Source: Pseudoalteromonas tetraodonis | GTDB lineage: Bacteria > Pseudomonadota > Gammaproteobacteria > Enterobacterales > Alteromonadaceae | Assembly: GCF_002310835.1 (NCBI RefSeq) | Contig: NZ_CP011042.1 | Span: forward strand, 510,001-542,000 | Reading direction: 5' to 3' | Length of the DNA stretch: 32,000 nt | In this document: positions 15,504 through 25,267 of the stretch, piece by piece | Position numbering within the stretch: position 1 is the first letter of the stretch | Layout of the letters: each line of letters opens with the position of its first letter | Program-made: the position numbers and the translations under genes | Notes under the pieces: generated by a model | Told to the model about the DNA's origin: nothing | Databases searched by the model: none | What the model saw: only the letters and a program-made list of their open reading frames with translations

Positions 15504-17228
15504 GTGGATATAAATGCTTTTTTAGTAAAACATCAATTGCCGTTGAAATATCAATATATTAGTGAGCAGTATTTTTCTGTGATTGCTCAGGATATTTTAA
15601 CCAGCAAAAAAAATGCGCCTTTATTTGTTGCCATCAACGGCTGCCAAGGCTCAGGAAAAACCACGCTTGGTGACTATTTAGTGACTTGGTTTGAGCAAAA
15701 CACCCACCTAAATTGTGTCGCACTCTCTATTGATGACTTTTATTTATCAACCCAAAAACGTCAGCAGCTAGCACAAGATGTGCATTGTTTATTTGCCACC
15801 CGTGGAGTTCCAGGCACACATGATGTTGCCCTTATGGATAAAACCATTAGTCGCTTGTTAAATAAAGAGGTTAATGTACCGCTGCCACGTTTTGACAAAC
15901 AACAAGATGAACCCGTAGCAAAAAATAAATGGTTAACCAATAGCCAGCCAGTCGATATTGTTATTTTAGAAGGGTGGTGTGTAGCCAGTGAGCCACAGCA
16001 GCCTTTTACCTTAATTGAGCCTATTAATGAGCTAGAAAAATCATACGATCAGCAAGGACTATGGCGCCGCTGTATTAATAGCTGTTTAGCCAATGAGTAT
16101 AAAACCGTATTTAATAAAATTGACTACACAATTATGCTTAAAGCGCCGAGTTTTGACGATGTATTTGCATGGCGACAAGAGCAAGAGCACAAGCTAATCG
16201 CAAAACAAGGCCAAGGCGCAGGTACCATGACCGACGAGCAGCTGCTTTGGTTTATTTCTCACTTTGAGCGTATTACCCGAGAAAATTTAAGTACCCTCAG
16301 TGCCAAAGCAAATGCGTTAATAGAGCTTGATAGTCACCGTGATGTAGTCGCAATGCAGTTAACTAGCGACAATATTGGTCAGCCCATTATTTTTACCGAT
16401 TTAGATGGTACGTTATTAAATCATAGAGACTACAACACCGAAGCGGTCGACACTTTATTACAAGAGCTGCAATACAGCGGTGTGCCGGTGGTATTTAACA
16501 CCAGTAAAACGTTTAGTGAAGTGGTGGCACTGCAACAAGCGCTCAATATTAAACAGCCTTTTATTGTTGAAAATGGCTCGGCTGTCTATATTCCTGAAAA
16601 TTACTTTACCCTCAGACCCATTGGCTGCAGCGAATACCAAGGCTATTGGTGTTATTCATTTGCGGCGCCCATTAGCAATTTATGGGCTGATTTAACACAT
16701 TTAAAAAAAGACTACAGCGACCAATATAGTTTATTCAGTGAGTTATCGTGTGAGCAGGTAATGCACATCACAGGGTTAAACGAGATACAGGCGGCGCAAG
16801 CACAGAATCGTCAATATTCAGATCCGCTCTGCTGGCATGGCGAAGAGCACAAACTTAACGAATTTATAAACGCAATAACAGTGTACGGCTACGACGTTAA
16901 AGTAGGCGGGCGCTTTATCCACATTGGTAAAAATACCGATAAAAGCATGGCGCAGCAATGGCTGGTGAAACAGTTTACTGCGCAGTTTACTAAGCCGCTA
17001 AGCATTATTGCGCTTGGGGATAGTGATAACGATAAGCAAATGCTAGAAGAGGCAGATATTGCCATTATTATTGCCAATCCAGAGAGTAAAAAGCCGGTTA
17101 AATTAACCCATAACAAAGCGCGTTATTCTCAGTTGCCAGCGCCGTTAGGCTGGGTAGAAGAAATCACTGCATTACCTTGTATTAACAGCATTTTACCCAA
17201 TTTTGAGGAGTATAGTTTACATGGCTGA
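15504..17228 (+). CDS. Fusion protein: P-loop D-glycerate 3-kinase-like domain plus HAD-IIB (manno/gluco)syl-3-phosphoglycerate phosphatase domain
   Basis: N-terminal Walker A (NGCQGSGKTTL) and SIDDFY...TRGVPGTHD, typical of GLYK-type glycerate kinases. The C-terminal half has IIFTDLDGTLL, FNTSKT and GDSDNDKQML, typical of the MpgP/GpgP/YedP family. GGAGG lies 8 nt upstream of GTG 15504. The track start TTG 15489 overlaps that RBS. Confidence 0.7.
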   Translation: MDINAFLVKHQLPLKYQYISEQYFSVIAQDILTSKKNAPLFVAINGCQGSGKTTLGDYLVTWFEQNTHLNCVALSIDDFYLSTQKRQQLAQDVHCLFATRGVPGTHDVALMDKTISRLLNKEVNVPLPRFDKQQDEPVAKNKWLTNSQPVDIVILEGWCVASEPQQPFTLIEPINELEKSYDQQGLWRRCINSCLANEYKTVFNKIDYTIMLKAPSFDDVFAWRQEQEHKLIAKQGQGAGTMTDEQLLWFISHFERITRENLSTLSAKANALIELDSHRDVVAMQLTSDNIGQPIIFTDLDGTLLNHRDYNTEAVDTLLQELQYSGVPVVFNTSKTFSEVVALQQALNIKQPFIVENGSAVYIPENYFTLRPIGCSEYQGYWCYSFAAPISNLWADLTHLKKDYSDQYSLFSELSCEQVMHITGLNEIQAAQAQNRQYSDPLCWHGEEHKLNEFINAITVYGYDVKVGGRFIHIGKNTDKSMAQQWLVKQFTAQFTKPLSIIALGDSDNDKQMLEEADIAIIIANPESKKPVKLTHNKARYSQLPAPLGWVEEITALPCINSILPNFEEYSLHG

Positions 17229-18441
17229 TTTTTATCAAAATGGCATCATTACAACGTTACATAATATTGCCAACAGACCCGTAGACGATTTAGAAAAAGA
17301 GTTGCTGAGTTTTAGTAAGCAGCGACCCATGGGGCTTATTTTGCCCTCATTATTTAGTGAGTTAGAAGGCCCCGCGCTACAAAATATTGTTAAAGAGCTG
17401 CAAAAAGTACCTTATTTATCACAAATTACCATAGGCTTAGACAGAGCCGACGAAAGCCAATATCGTTATGCACTGAACTTTTTTAAAGCGCTTGATCAAA
17501 ACCACAAAGTACTTTGGAACGACGGGCCACGCTTACAAGCGCTCGACAAAGAGCTTCAAGCCTTAGGTGTGGCGCCACGCGAGCTCGGTAAAGGGCGTAA
17601 TGTGTGGTATTGCATGGGGTATAAATTAGCCACCGCTGAGGTTGAATCAATCGCCTTGCATGACTGTGATATTTTAACTTATGACCGAGGCTTATTAGCG
17701 CGGTTAATATACCCTGTGGCACACCCTCGATTTAACTATGAGTTTTGTAAAGGCTTTTACCCGCGTACCGCCAATGGAAAAATTAATGGCCGTGTCTCTC
17801 GGCTATTGGTTACTCCGTTATTGCGCTCGTTTAAAACCATTTTAGGCAGCCGTGATTACCTTGAGTACATGGACTCGTTTCGCTACCCATTAGCGGGTGA
17901 GTTTTCGTTTAGGCGCGATGTATTAAACGATATTCGTATTCCTAGCGACTGGGGATTAGAAATTGGCGTATTAAGCGAAATGTACCGTAACTATTCTCAT
18001 AACCGATTATGCCAAGTCGATATTGCCGATAACTACGATCATAAACATCAGGAATTATCGCTCGACGACCAAACCGCTGGCCTTTCTAAAATGTCGATTG
18101 ATATCACCAAAGCACTATTTAGAAAATTAGCAACGCAAGGGGTTACCTTTACCAGCGAAACTATTCGCTCATTAAAAGCCACATATTACCGTATTGGTTT
18201 AGATTTTATTGAAACCTATCATAATGATGCACTAATGAACGGTTTAACCCTGGATATTCACCAAGAAGAAAAAGCCGTTGAAATGTTTGCGCAAAATATC
18301 ATGAATGCCGGTCAGCACTTTTTAGAAAACCCAATGGAAGCACCCTTTGTGCCGAGTTGGAATCGTGTGGCCTCGGCAATGCCAGACGTACTTGAGCGTT
18401 TAAAAGAAGCCGTTGAGCTAGATAACGAACAATACAGTTAA
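17221..18441 (+). CDS. GT-A glycosyltransferase, glucosyl-3-phosphoglycerate / mannosyl-3-phosphoglycerate synthase-like
   Basis: About 406 aa with a DxD motif (LHDCDIL). The size and context match archaeal/Persephonella-type GpgS or MPGS. ATG 17221 overlaps the upstream stop (ATGGCTGA), and GAGGAG lies upstream. Confidence 0.6.
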   Translation: MADFYQNGIITTLHNIANRPVDDLEKELLSFSKQRPMGLILPSLFSELEGPALQNIVKELQKVPYLSQITIGLDRADESQYRYALNFFKALDQNHKVLWNDGPRLQALDKELQALGVAPRELGKGRNVWYCMGYKLATAEVESIALHDCDILTYDRGLLARLIYPVAHPRFNYEFCKGFYPRTANGKINGRVSRLLVTPLLRSFKTILGSRDYLEYMDSFRYPLAGEFSFRRDVLNDIRIPSDWGLEIGVLSEMYRNYSHNRLCQVDIADNYDHKHQELSLDDQTAGLSKMSIDITKALFRKLATQGVTFTSETIRSLKATYYRIGLDFIETYHNDALMNGLTLDIHQEEKAVEMFAQNIMNAGQHFLENPMEAPFVPSWNRVASAMPDVLERLKEAVELDNEQYS

Positions 18442-18461
18442 CATCATTAAACGAGGCGCCT

Positions 18462-20240
18462 GTGAATATAGTTAAAGAACTTTTTTTTCAACGAGTTGAA
18501 CAACATTTACATGCTATTTATCAAGATGTTGAATTACCGATAGCAATAAGCGAATTGACTGAAGAATTGATCACCTTAATTTTAGGTGATAACCCACTTC
18601 GCGATCCCACGCCACACACTAACCGCTGGGATGAGCAAGATGTTGTGCTAATTGCCTATGGCGATTCGATAATAAACCATGAAGACAGTGATTTAGCCGT
18701 AGGCACCCCTTTAGAGGCGCCTTTAAAAACCTTGCATCGCTTTATAAAAGAGCAGTGCGATCATCAGCTTAATGCACTGCACATTTTACCCTTTTATCCG
18801 TATAGCTCAGATGAAGGATTTGCGGTAATGAACTATGCACACGTTAATGAAGCGCTGGGTGACTGGCAAGACATTAACGCGATTGCAAAAGATGTAAAAC
18901 TGATGGCGGATTTAGTCATTAATCATTGCTCTAGTCGAAGTATTTGGTTTGAAAACTTTTTAACTGATACACACCCCGGAAAAGATTACTTTAAAACAGC
19001 CAGTTTAACTGACGATTTAAGCCAAGTAGTTCGTCCTCGTACATCGCCACTATTAAATACGGTAACAACAACCAGTGGTGAAAAACATGTATGGTGCACA
19101 TTTAGTCATGATCAAGTGGATTTTGATTTTGAAAATCCCGAGGTGTTAAAAGAGTTTGTCGGCATTATTCGTCATTATTTAGACAACGGTATTCGCTTAT
19201 TTCGCCTTGATGCTGTGGCCTTTTTATGGAAACAACTTAATACCAGTTGTATAAATTTACCGCAAACCCACGAAGTAGTACGTTTATTACGAACGCTGAT
19301 TGAGCATGCCGAGCCAAGTGTGGTGATCATCACCGAGACTAATATTCCCAATCAGGAGAACTTGTCTTACTTTGGTAATGCCAACGAAGCCCATGCAATT
19401 TACAACTTTGCCTTGCCGCCGTTGTTGTTGCATACCTTACTTAGTGGCGATAGTACGGCGCTTAAGCATTGGATGATGAGTATGCCGCCTGCACAAAACG
19501 GCACTGCGTATTTTAATTTTATTGCTTCTCACGATGGCATTGGTTTAAGGCCAATTGAAGGCTTGCTGCAACCCAGTGAGGTTGCTTCATTAGTCAGTAC
19601 CACCATGCAGTTTGGTGGGCGCGTTTCAATGCGTACTAGTCACGATGGCACACATACCCCGTATGAGCTAAATATTGCCTTGTTTGATGCCTTACAAGGG
19701 ACGCATAATGGCGCGGATAAATTTGGCCTTGAGCGCTTTTTATGTGCTCACGCCATTATGTTTGCAATGGAGGGGATCCCAGGGCTGTATATACATAGTT
19801 TACTTGGCACCACTAATGACTATGAACGCTTTGATAATTCGCAGCACAATCGCGCCATTAACCGTCATCGCTGGCAAGAGTCAAAATTATTAGCGGCAAT
19901 TGCAGAAAAATATAGTCATCATCATCAAGTATTCAACGGAGTAAAACAGTTATTAGCAGTGCGTAAAAGGCAAGCGGCATTTCATCCTAATGCAACACAG
20001 TTCACTTTGCATTTAGGAGAGGGGTTATTTGGTTTTTGGCGACAAAGCATTGACCGCCAGCAAAGTATTTTTTGTATTTATAATATCAGCAGTCAGCCAC
20101 AAAGCTTAACCTTGGCCGATTTGAACTTAATAAATACACAGCAATGGTATGAGCTGCTCTCTAAAACAGTGCTGGATGAAGAGCTTAAAACTATGCAATT
20201 AGCACCGTATCAAACACTCTGGTTATCTAATAGAGCATAA
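18462..20240 (+). CDS. GH13_18 sucrose-phosphorylase-family enzyme (candidate glucosylglycerate phosphorylase)
   Basis: Alpha-amylase-family catalytic regions are present ([30 protein letters not shown]). Length 592 aa. GTG start with GAGG 6 nt upstream. Confidence 0.75.
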   Translation: MNIVKELFFQRVEQHLHAIYQDVELPIAISELTEELITLILGDNPLRDPTPHTNRWDEQDVVLIAYGDSIINHEDSDLAVGTPLEAPLKTLHRFIKEQCDHQLNALHILPFYPYSSDEGFAVMNYAHVNEALGDWQDINAIAKDVKLMADLVINHCSSRSIWFENFLTDTHPGKDYFKTASLTDDLSQVVRPRTSPLLNTVTTTSGEKHVWCTFSHDQVDFDFENPEVLKEFVGIIRHYLDNGIRLFRLDAVAFLWKQLNTSCINLPQTHEVVRLLRTLIEHAEPSVVIITETNIPNQENLSYFGNANEAHAIYNFALPPLLLHTLLSGDSTALKHWMMSMPPAQNGTAYFNFIASHDGIGLRPIEGLLQPSEVASLVSTTMQFGGRVSMRTSHDGTHTPYELNIALFDALQGTHNGADKFGLERFLCAHAIMFAMEGIPGLYIHSLLGTTNDYERFDNSQHNRAINRHRWQESKLLAAIAEKYSHHHQVFNGVKQLLAVRKRQAAFHPNATQFTLHLGEGLFGFWRQSIDRQQSIFCIYNISSQPQSLTLADLNLINTQQWYELLSKTVLDEELKTMQLAPYQTLWLSNRA

Positions 20241-20261
20241 ATAACGACGTTTAAAGTAATC

Positions 20262-20294
20262 AATGTAACTGTAAAGGGGCTTTACAGTTACATT
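20262..20294. terminator. Bidirectional terminator hairpin between convergent genes
   Basis: aatgtaactgtaaag-ggg-ctttacagttacatt: a perfect 15-bp stem. Confidence 0.75.
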
Positions 20295-21372
20295 ACTCAA
20301 GCGCGAGTAGTAAGTTCTCTATAGTAAATTCAACTTTGTCTGGGCGGGTTTTACTAAACTGCGAAAAGTCTATTTCGGCTAGATTATTCGCATTAATTGC
20401 ATTATATAAAGGCTTATTTGTATCGTTGAGTGGCTGAAAAATATCATTAGTGCTGTGAAAAAGTGGCCAACGCTTTAAATCAGTATGGTTATCAAATAAG
20501 TTTATAATTGCATGAGCCCCTAATAAAACATGACCCCCTATCGATATATCAAGCGCGTATGCGTTATTAGGCGCAGAATCCCAGTTAATCCCACCCACAA
20601 AAACCTGCGATTGTTTGTTTAGTTGGGTTAATGCTCTTTTAGCACCAAACGCAATGGCATCATTAGCGCACCAAATAATGTTAATTTCAGGCGCAAGTTG
20701 CATATAGGCCATGGTTTTTATATAGCCTTCTTGCTCAGACCAATTTGCAACCTCTTTAGCGGTTAAGGTTACTTTGGGTGTTTGCGCTAAAAAATCCATT
20801 AACCCTTGGGTACGTAAAGTGGAAGCAGGGGTTGTGTAGTCCCCTAGTAAAGCTAATGTATGAGCTGGCGTTTTTGTTTTATTGGTAAACTTTTTATAAA
20901 GCTGCTGCATCAATGATTTACCTGCAACACGATTATTTGGGGTAATACTGCCGACCACATTGACGCCATTTTTTTGCAATTGCTCGAGAGACGCAGGGGA
21001 AGGGCGATTTAATAAAAAATAAATGGGAACCTTGTTACTGTCTATTTTAGATAGGTATTGGCTGGTGACATTTTTTTCGTTTACTAATATCAGATAATCA
21101 GGCTTATCGTTAATGGCCTGCTGGATCAGCTCTTTCATTAAAATATGATTTCGGTTGGCGTACTTTATAGTTAATGTCACATCTAAATCAGTGGCAGCAT
21201 TTTGCATAATTTTAGAAACATGAAACCAAAAATCACCTGTTTTATTGCTCTCAGCCTCAATGGAATTTGAAAAGCCAGGATTGATGAATATGATCTCTAA
21301 GGCATTAATACTGTAACTACTGAATAGCAGGCAGGTATAAGTTATCAGGCGGTATAATTTAAACAAAGGCAT
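20293..21372 (-). CDS. Periplasmic binding protein, type-1 (sugar-binding/LacI-like fold), orphan
   Basis: N-terminal signal-like segment and a length of about 360 aa. The alternating beta-alpha pattern with VGSITPNN / VGGINWD stretches is typical of PBP1 sugar binders. No ABC permease or ATPase lies adjacent. Confidence 0.5.
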   Translation of the reverse strand: MPLFKLYRLITYTCLLFSSYSINALEIIFINPGFSNSIEAESNKTGDFWFHVSKIMQNAATDLDVTLTIKYANRNHILMKELIQQAINDKPDYLILVNEKNVTSQYLSKIDSNKVPIYFLLNRPSPASLEQLQKNGVNVVGSITPNNRVAGKSLMQQLYKKFTNKTKTPAHTLALLGDYTTPASTLRTQGLMDFLAQTPKVTLTAKEVANWSEQEGYIKTMAYMQLAPEINIIWCANDAIAFGAKRALTQLNKQSQVFVGGINWDSAPNNAYALDISIGGHVLLGAHAIINLFDNHTDLKRWPLFHSTNDIFQPLNDTNKPLYNAINANNLAEIDFSQFSKTRPDKVEFTIENLLLALE

Positions 21373-21507
21373 ATGTTTCTCTATAGATTTTATAAAGCTC
21401 GATTTTTACCTTGCTAACTAGCTCCGTGGTGACATCTAAGCGTTATGCTATATAATACCCCAGTAAGTTTAGCATGTATGCAGCAATTAATTTTTTAGGA
21501 TTTATGA

Positions 21508-21897
21508 ATGAAAGCAGTTTTATTGTTAATAGTATTACTCTTTAGTCAAACAGTTGCCGCTAATGACGTAAGTGATTTAGAAAAGACCATGAAAAATATT
21601 GGGCTGGCTTATAAACAAAGTGTTGAAGCAACCCAGCTGCAAGAATTTAATGGTGCTATCGATCAATTTATTGGATTGATAGAGCAAGGTAAGAAAGCCA
21701 AATTTTATAAAGAAGCTCAGAAGTCGGTGCAAGGGCTCGATAAAGTACTGGTTCAAGCTCAGTTGGCAAAAAAAGTAGCGAATGAGCAGGGACTCGAAGC
21801 TGCAAAAAAACCACTTAAAGCCATCGATAATTTACGCAAAAAATATCATAAATTACATGAGCCTCCAGGCTTTTTTGAATTACTGTTTGGAAAATAA
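21508..21897 (+). CDS. cybC: Soluble cytochrome b562-like protein
   Basis: Signal peptide followed by a four-helix pattern. The axial ligands are in the expected places (Met in LEKTMKNI near the mature N-terminus, His in RKKYHKLH near the C-terminus). Confidence 0.65.
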   Translation: MKAVLLLIVLLFSQTVAANDVSDLEKTMKNIGLAYKQSVEATQLQEFNGAIDQFIGLIEQGKKAKFYKEAQKSVQGLDKVLVQAQLAKKVANEQGLEAAKKPLKAIDNLRKKYHKLHEPPGFFELLFGK

Positions 21898-21906
21898 GGA
21901 TTAGCA

Positions 21907-22293
21907 ATGGAAATTTCAGTTTCAATGTTAGACGGTCAAAAGTTGAGTGCTAAGTTTGGTGAGCATGAAGTAATAAGCGATCAAAGCATCAATGCCGGTG
22001 GTGGGGCAGAGCACCCAGAACCATTTGACTATTTTTTGGTTAGCATGGTTTTGTGCGCTGGTTTTTATGCGCGTAAATTTTGTCAGCAAAGAGAGATCTC
22101 AACCGACGGCATGACGCTGACACAAAATAACGAGAATGTAGATGAAAACGGTAAAAAACGTTTTTCTATTGAAATTGGGTTGCCTGAAGGTTTCCCCGAT
22201 AAATATAAAAAAGCACTTATTGCTGCTGTAAATACATGTACCGTGAAAAAGGTTATTCAGGCAGTGCCTGAGTTTTCTGTTGAAGTAAAGTAA
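21907..22293 (+). CDS. OsmC/Ohr-family protein
   Basis: 128 aa with PEPFDYFLVSMVLC and NTCTVKK segments typical of the OsmC-like fold. Confidence 0.7.
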   Translation: MEISVSMLDGQKLSAKFGEHEVISDQSINAGGGAEHPEPFDYFLVSMVLCAGFYARKFCQQREISTDGMTLTQNNENVDENGKKRFSIEIGLPEGFPDKYKKALIAAVNTCTVKKVIQAVPEFSVEVK

Positions 22294-22305
22294 ATACCCT
22301 TTAAC

Positions 22306-22337
22306 AATAATGCCGAGTAATAAACTCGGCATTATTA
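22306..22337. terminator. Bidirectional terminator between OsmC and rpmJ2
   Basis: aataatgccgagt-aataa-actcggcattatt. Confidence 0.8.
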
Positions 22338-22347
22338 TTTTATCCCA

Positions 22348-22482
22348 CTATTTTTTCTTCATACCCTGTACGGCCTTAAATCTAGGATTATCTTTACATA
22401 TCACGAACACGCGCCCTTTACGCTTTACAATTTGACAACCAGGTCGTTGCTTTGCGCTTTTTAATGAACTTAATACTTTCAT
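22348..22482 (-). CDS. ykgO: Ribosomal protein L36 paralog, type B (Zn-ribbon lost); absent from the ORF track
   Basis: My own translation of the minus strand gives [44 protein letters not shown]. This is nearly collinear with E. coli YkgO. ATG 22482 overlaps the rpmE2 stop (ATGA). Confidence 0.9.
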   Translation of the reverse strand: MKVLSSLKSAKQRPGCQIVKRKGRVFVICKDNPRFKAVQGMKKK

Positions 22483-22745
22483 TTGCTTTCCTTTTTAGCC
22501 GAAGATAAGTTTTTAAAACGACGATTAAATTGCGCAACGCGGCCATCAGATGCGAGCGTTTTTTGTTTGCCTGTATAAAATGGGTGTGAGTCAGATGAAA
22601 CATCAATAGGCACATAGGGATATGTATTACCGTCTATTTCGATAGTGCGGTCGGTTTTGATGGTTGAACCTATAATGAAATATGAATCGGCTGCAGTATC
22701 ATGAAAAGCAACCACATGGTAATCAGGGTGAATATTTGGTTTCAT
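22479..22745 (-). CDS. ykgM: Ribosomal protein L31 paralog, type B (no CxxC Zn motif)
   Basis: MKPNIHPDY...HPFYTG matches the L31 signature. The translation contains no cysteines, as expected for type B. Confidence 0.9.
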   Translation of the reverse strand: MKPNIHPDYHVVAFHDTAADSYFIIGSTIKTDRTIEIDGNTYPYVPIDVSSDSHPFYTGKQKTLASDGRVAQFNRRFKNLSSAKKESK

Positions 22746-22756
22746 TAAACGCCTTT

Positions 22757-22780
22757 AATGTTATGTGATAGTATATCATT
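22757..22780 (-). promoter_or_regulatory. Candidate Zur box upstream of ykgM-ykgO
   Basis: AATGTTATGTGATAGTATATCATT is an AT-rich near-palindrome resembling the gammaproteobacterial Zur consensus (GAAATGTTATAnTATAACATTTC, from memory). It lies 12 nt upstream of the L31B start. Confidence 0.55.
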
Positions 22781-22997
22781 TAATTTAGCGCATTTAATTT
22801 CCCTTTGCAAATCATTTTAAATAGCTTGAACTTTGGTTAAATTGTCTTTAATGCACCGTAATTGCTGGGTATTTGCACAATCTAGTCAAAAAATAAGCAC
22901 TTAGATCAAAAGTACTGGCTATTAGTATTTAGGCTGCTATAACTAGTTTCAGCAAAAAAAATAATAAAAATTTAAACACGTAGAATAGAGGTAGTTT

Positions 22998-23267
22998 ATG
23001 AGTGACGCTCAAACGAAACAGGACCAAATCGACCAAGGAGTTATGGACACTCTTAGGGAGCGCGATCATAGTGTATTGGCAAAACAAGTTGACTCACTCG
23101 CATGTTCTCATAACGATATCATTGAATTGCTTGCTCATTATTTAGCATTAAGCGAACAAGAAGATGATGAGTTATTTGATGACTGGTTTGACTCTCTTTC
23201 AAAAGAACAACACACCGTGCTAAAAGTATTTGAAGTATATCGCGGACAGTATGAGCACCAAAACTAA
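22998..23267 (+). CDS. Small acidic hypothetical protein
   Basis: 89-aa ORF preceded by AGAGG. The C-terminal half is strongly acidic (SEQEDDELFDDWFD). No recognised family. Confidence 0.5.
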   Translation: MSDAQTKQDQIDQGVMDTLRERDHSVLAKQVDSLACSHNDIIELLAHYLALSEQEDDELFDDWFDSLSKEQHTVLKVFEVYRGQYEHQN

Positions 23268-23544
23268 CTGTTTGTATTAGGCATATTAATTAGTCATTAT
23301 ACTAACACTGGCTATACGATTGTAATTTAATGTTATAAAGGCATTGTTTTTATAGATAAGCGAAATAATTAATTACACTTATTCAATACAATAGTATGTA
23401 CTTTGTCCCTTGATTATTTTTAAACTAACTAATTGATGTTTAAAGCTTTATAATAAGTTAAACTACATTTAGTGTTAAAATAGTAGTTTCGGCTCGTAGT
23501 TGAACTACCATTAATAAGTTGAAATAAGAAAGGGATAATTCAGC

Positions 23545-24351
23545 ATGCAACATTTAAATGAAATACTCAGCAGAAACAACGTCAAAATAATTGGCAAGGG
23601 TAATAAAACCTTGGTGTTGGCTCACGGATTTGGTTGCGACCAAAACATGTGGCGATTTATTATTCCTGCCCTTGAACAACATTTTACTTTAGTGCTGTTT
23701 GATTATGTAGGCTCAGGTAACTCTGATGTGTCTAAATATAATAAACAGCGCTACTCAACCCTTGATGGGTATGCCAAAGACGTACTAGAAATATGTGCCG
23801 CACTTGAACTTACCGATATTACATTTATAGGCCACTCGGTTAGTGGCACCATTGGCGCACTTGCTGCCATTGAGCAACCAGAGCTATTTTCTAAGCTGGT
23901 TATGGTGTGCCCCTCACCGTGCTTTTTAAATTTACCCCCTGATTATTTTGGTGGATTTGAAAAACAAGACCTTCACGAATTACTAAACCTAATGGATAAA
24001 AATTACATTGGTTGGGCAAATTATTTAGCGCCTCTAGTAATGGGCAACTCTCATCCAGATGAATTTATAGCGGAACTATCGGGAAGTTTTTGCTCAACAG
24101 ATCCCCTTATTGCAAAAACCTTTGCAGAAGCCACGTTTTTATCCGACTACCGTTTTATACTTGAACATATAAAACAGCCTACTTTAATTTTACAAAGTGA
24201 AAATGATGCTTTAGCCGCGCCTTCTGTTGGGGAGTTTGTAGCGAATGAAATTTCAAATGCAACACTTAAGGTTATTAGTGCGCATGGCCACTGTATTCAT
24301 ATGACGCACCCAGAAACAGTCAGCCGTTTAATTTTTGATTTTGTGAGTTAG
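23545..24351 (+). CDS. RsbQ/D14/KAI2-type alpha/beta hydrolase
   Basis: VLAHGFGCDQNMW and FDYVGSGNSD are present, with the nucleophile elbow IGHSVSG. Asp is in SENDALA and His in HGHCIHMTHPE. The pattern is collinear with B. subtilis RsbQ and plant D14/KAI2. Confidence 0.75.
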   Translation: MQHLNEILSRNNVKIIGKGNKTLVLAHGFGCDQNMWRFIIPALEQHFTLVLFDYVGSGNSDVSKYNKQRYSTLDGYAKDVLEICAALELTDITFIGHSVSGTIGALAAIEQPELFSKLVMVCPSPCFLNLPPDYFGGFEKQDLHELLNLMDKNYIGWANYLAPLVMGNSHPDEFIAELSGSFCSTDPLIAKTFAEATFLSDYRFILEHIKQPTLILQSENDALAAPSVGEFVANEISNATLKVISAHGHCIHMTHPETVSRLIFDFVS

Positions 24352-24355
24352 CCAC

Positions 24356-25267
24356 ATGTCACTTGATAAAGTAGATGAAAAGCTTGCTGATTATTCCGCA
24401 GATCACTTTTTAAATGGTGCATTAGTGACAAATGCAGATAACATTATTGTTTATGCAAATACTTATTTTCAAAAGGAATTACAGTGGAATTGTAATGAGC
24501 TTATTGGCAAGTCGGTTGATAAAATTATAACTAAATCATCAAAAATATTTTTACAAAGTTATGTGCTTCCTACCTTACTGCATGAAAAAGCGTGTCAAGA
24601 AATGCAGTTAATTATGCTCAGCGCCCAAGGCGAGCGTATGGCCGTTACCGTTAATGCTCAGCTTGATGAAAAGGGCTATATATACTGGAGCTTTTTTAAC
24701 GCGACTCAGCGAGATAAGCTTTACGACGAGCTGATTAAAACACGGGAAAAGTTAGAAGCGCAAACTGAACGCTTACAATCTTTAGCGTCTACCGATGAGT
24801 TAACCAATTTATTAAATAGAAGAGAGATGAATTGCCGCAGCGTGCTGTTACTCGAACAGGCTATGCGATCAAAGCAGTCGGTTGCATTGTTAATTATCGA
24901 TATTGATAATTTTAAAGTCGTTAATGATACCTTTGGGCATTTAGAAGGGGATCGAGTTTTAAAAGAGTTGGGGCAACGTCTTAAACATTTTGGTCGACAA
25001 ACCGACCTTATTTCTCGTTACGGCGGTGAAGAGTTTTTAATTATGGTGCCAGATACAAATAAAGCAGATACTTTGTCATTTTGCCAAAGGCTGCATTTAT
25101 TAATTGCTGAAATTAAAGTAGGTAATCGCCCAGTAACCGCCAGTATTGGGGCAAGTTTGAGTACTGCGAAAACGACGTTTACTGATTTATTTGCCCAAGC
25201 CGATAATGCGGTATATGAAGCCAAAGAGCGCGGAAAAAACAGAACCCAATTATACGATAACCCCTAA
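24356..25267 (+). CDS. PAS-GGDEF diguanylate cyclase
   Basis: N-terminal PAS-like region of about 120 aa, then a coiled linker and a GGDEF domain. The active site is RYGGEEF, and an RQTD I-site sits at the canonical spacing. The gene starts 4 nt after the hydrolase stop. Confidence 0.8.
   Translation: MSLDKVDEKLADYSADHFLNGALVTNADNIIVYANTYFQKELQWNCNELIGKSVDKIITKSSKIFLQSYVLPTLLHEKACQEMQLIMLSAQGERMAVTVNAQLDEKGYIYWSFFNATQRDKLYDELIKTREKLEAQTERLQSLASTDELTNLLNRREMNCRSVLLLEQAMRSKQSVALLIIDIDNFKVVNDTFGHLEGDRVLKELGQRLKHFGRQTDLISRYGGEEFLIMVPDTNKADTLSFCQRLHLLIAEIKVGNRPVTASIGASLSTAKTTFTDLFAQADNAVYEAKERGKNRTQLYDNP

Noticed and set aside
22418-22615. 65-aa minus-strand ORF in the track
   Set aside because: It is out of frame across the rpmE2/rpmJ2 junction. 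The real genes are L31B (22479-22745) and the unlisted L36B (22348-22482).
23268-23544. AT-rich 277-bp region upstream of the RsbQ-like gene, containing the palindrome TAGTTGAACTA and direct GTAGTT repeats; considered as a possible sRNA or operator
   Set aside because: The elements are short and of a kind expected by chance in sequence this AT-rich. No terminator or promoter pair defines an RNA.
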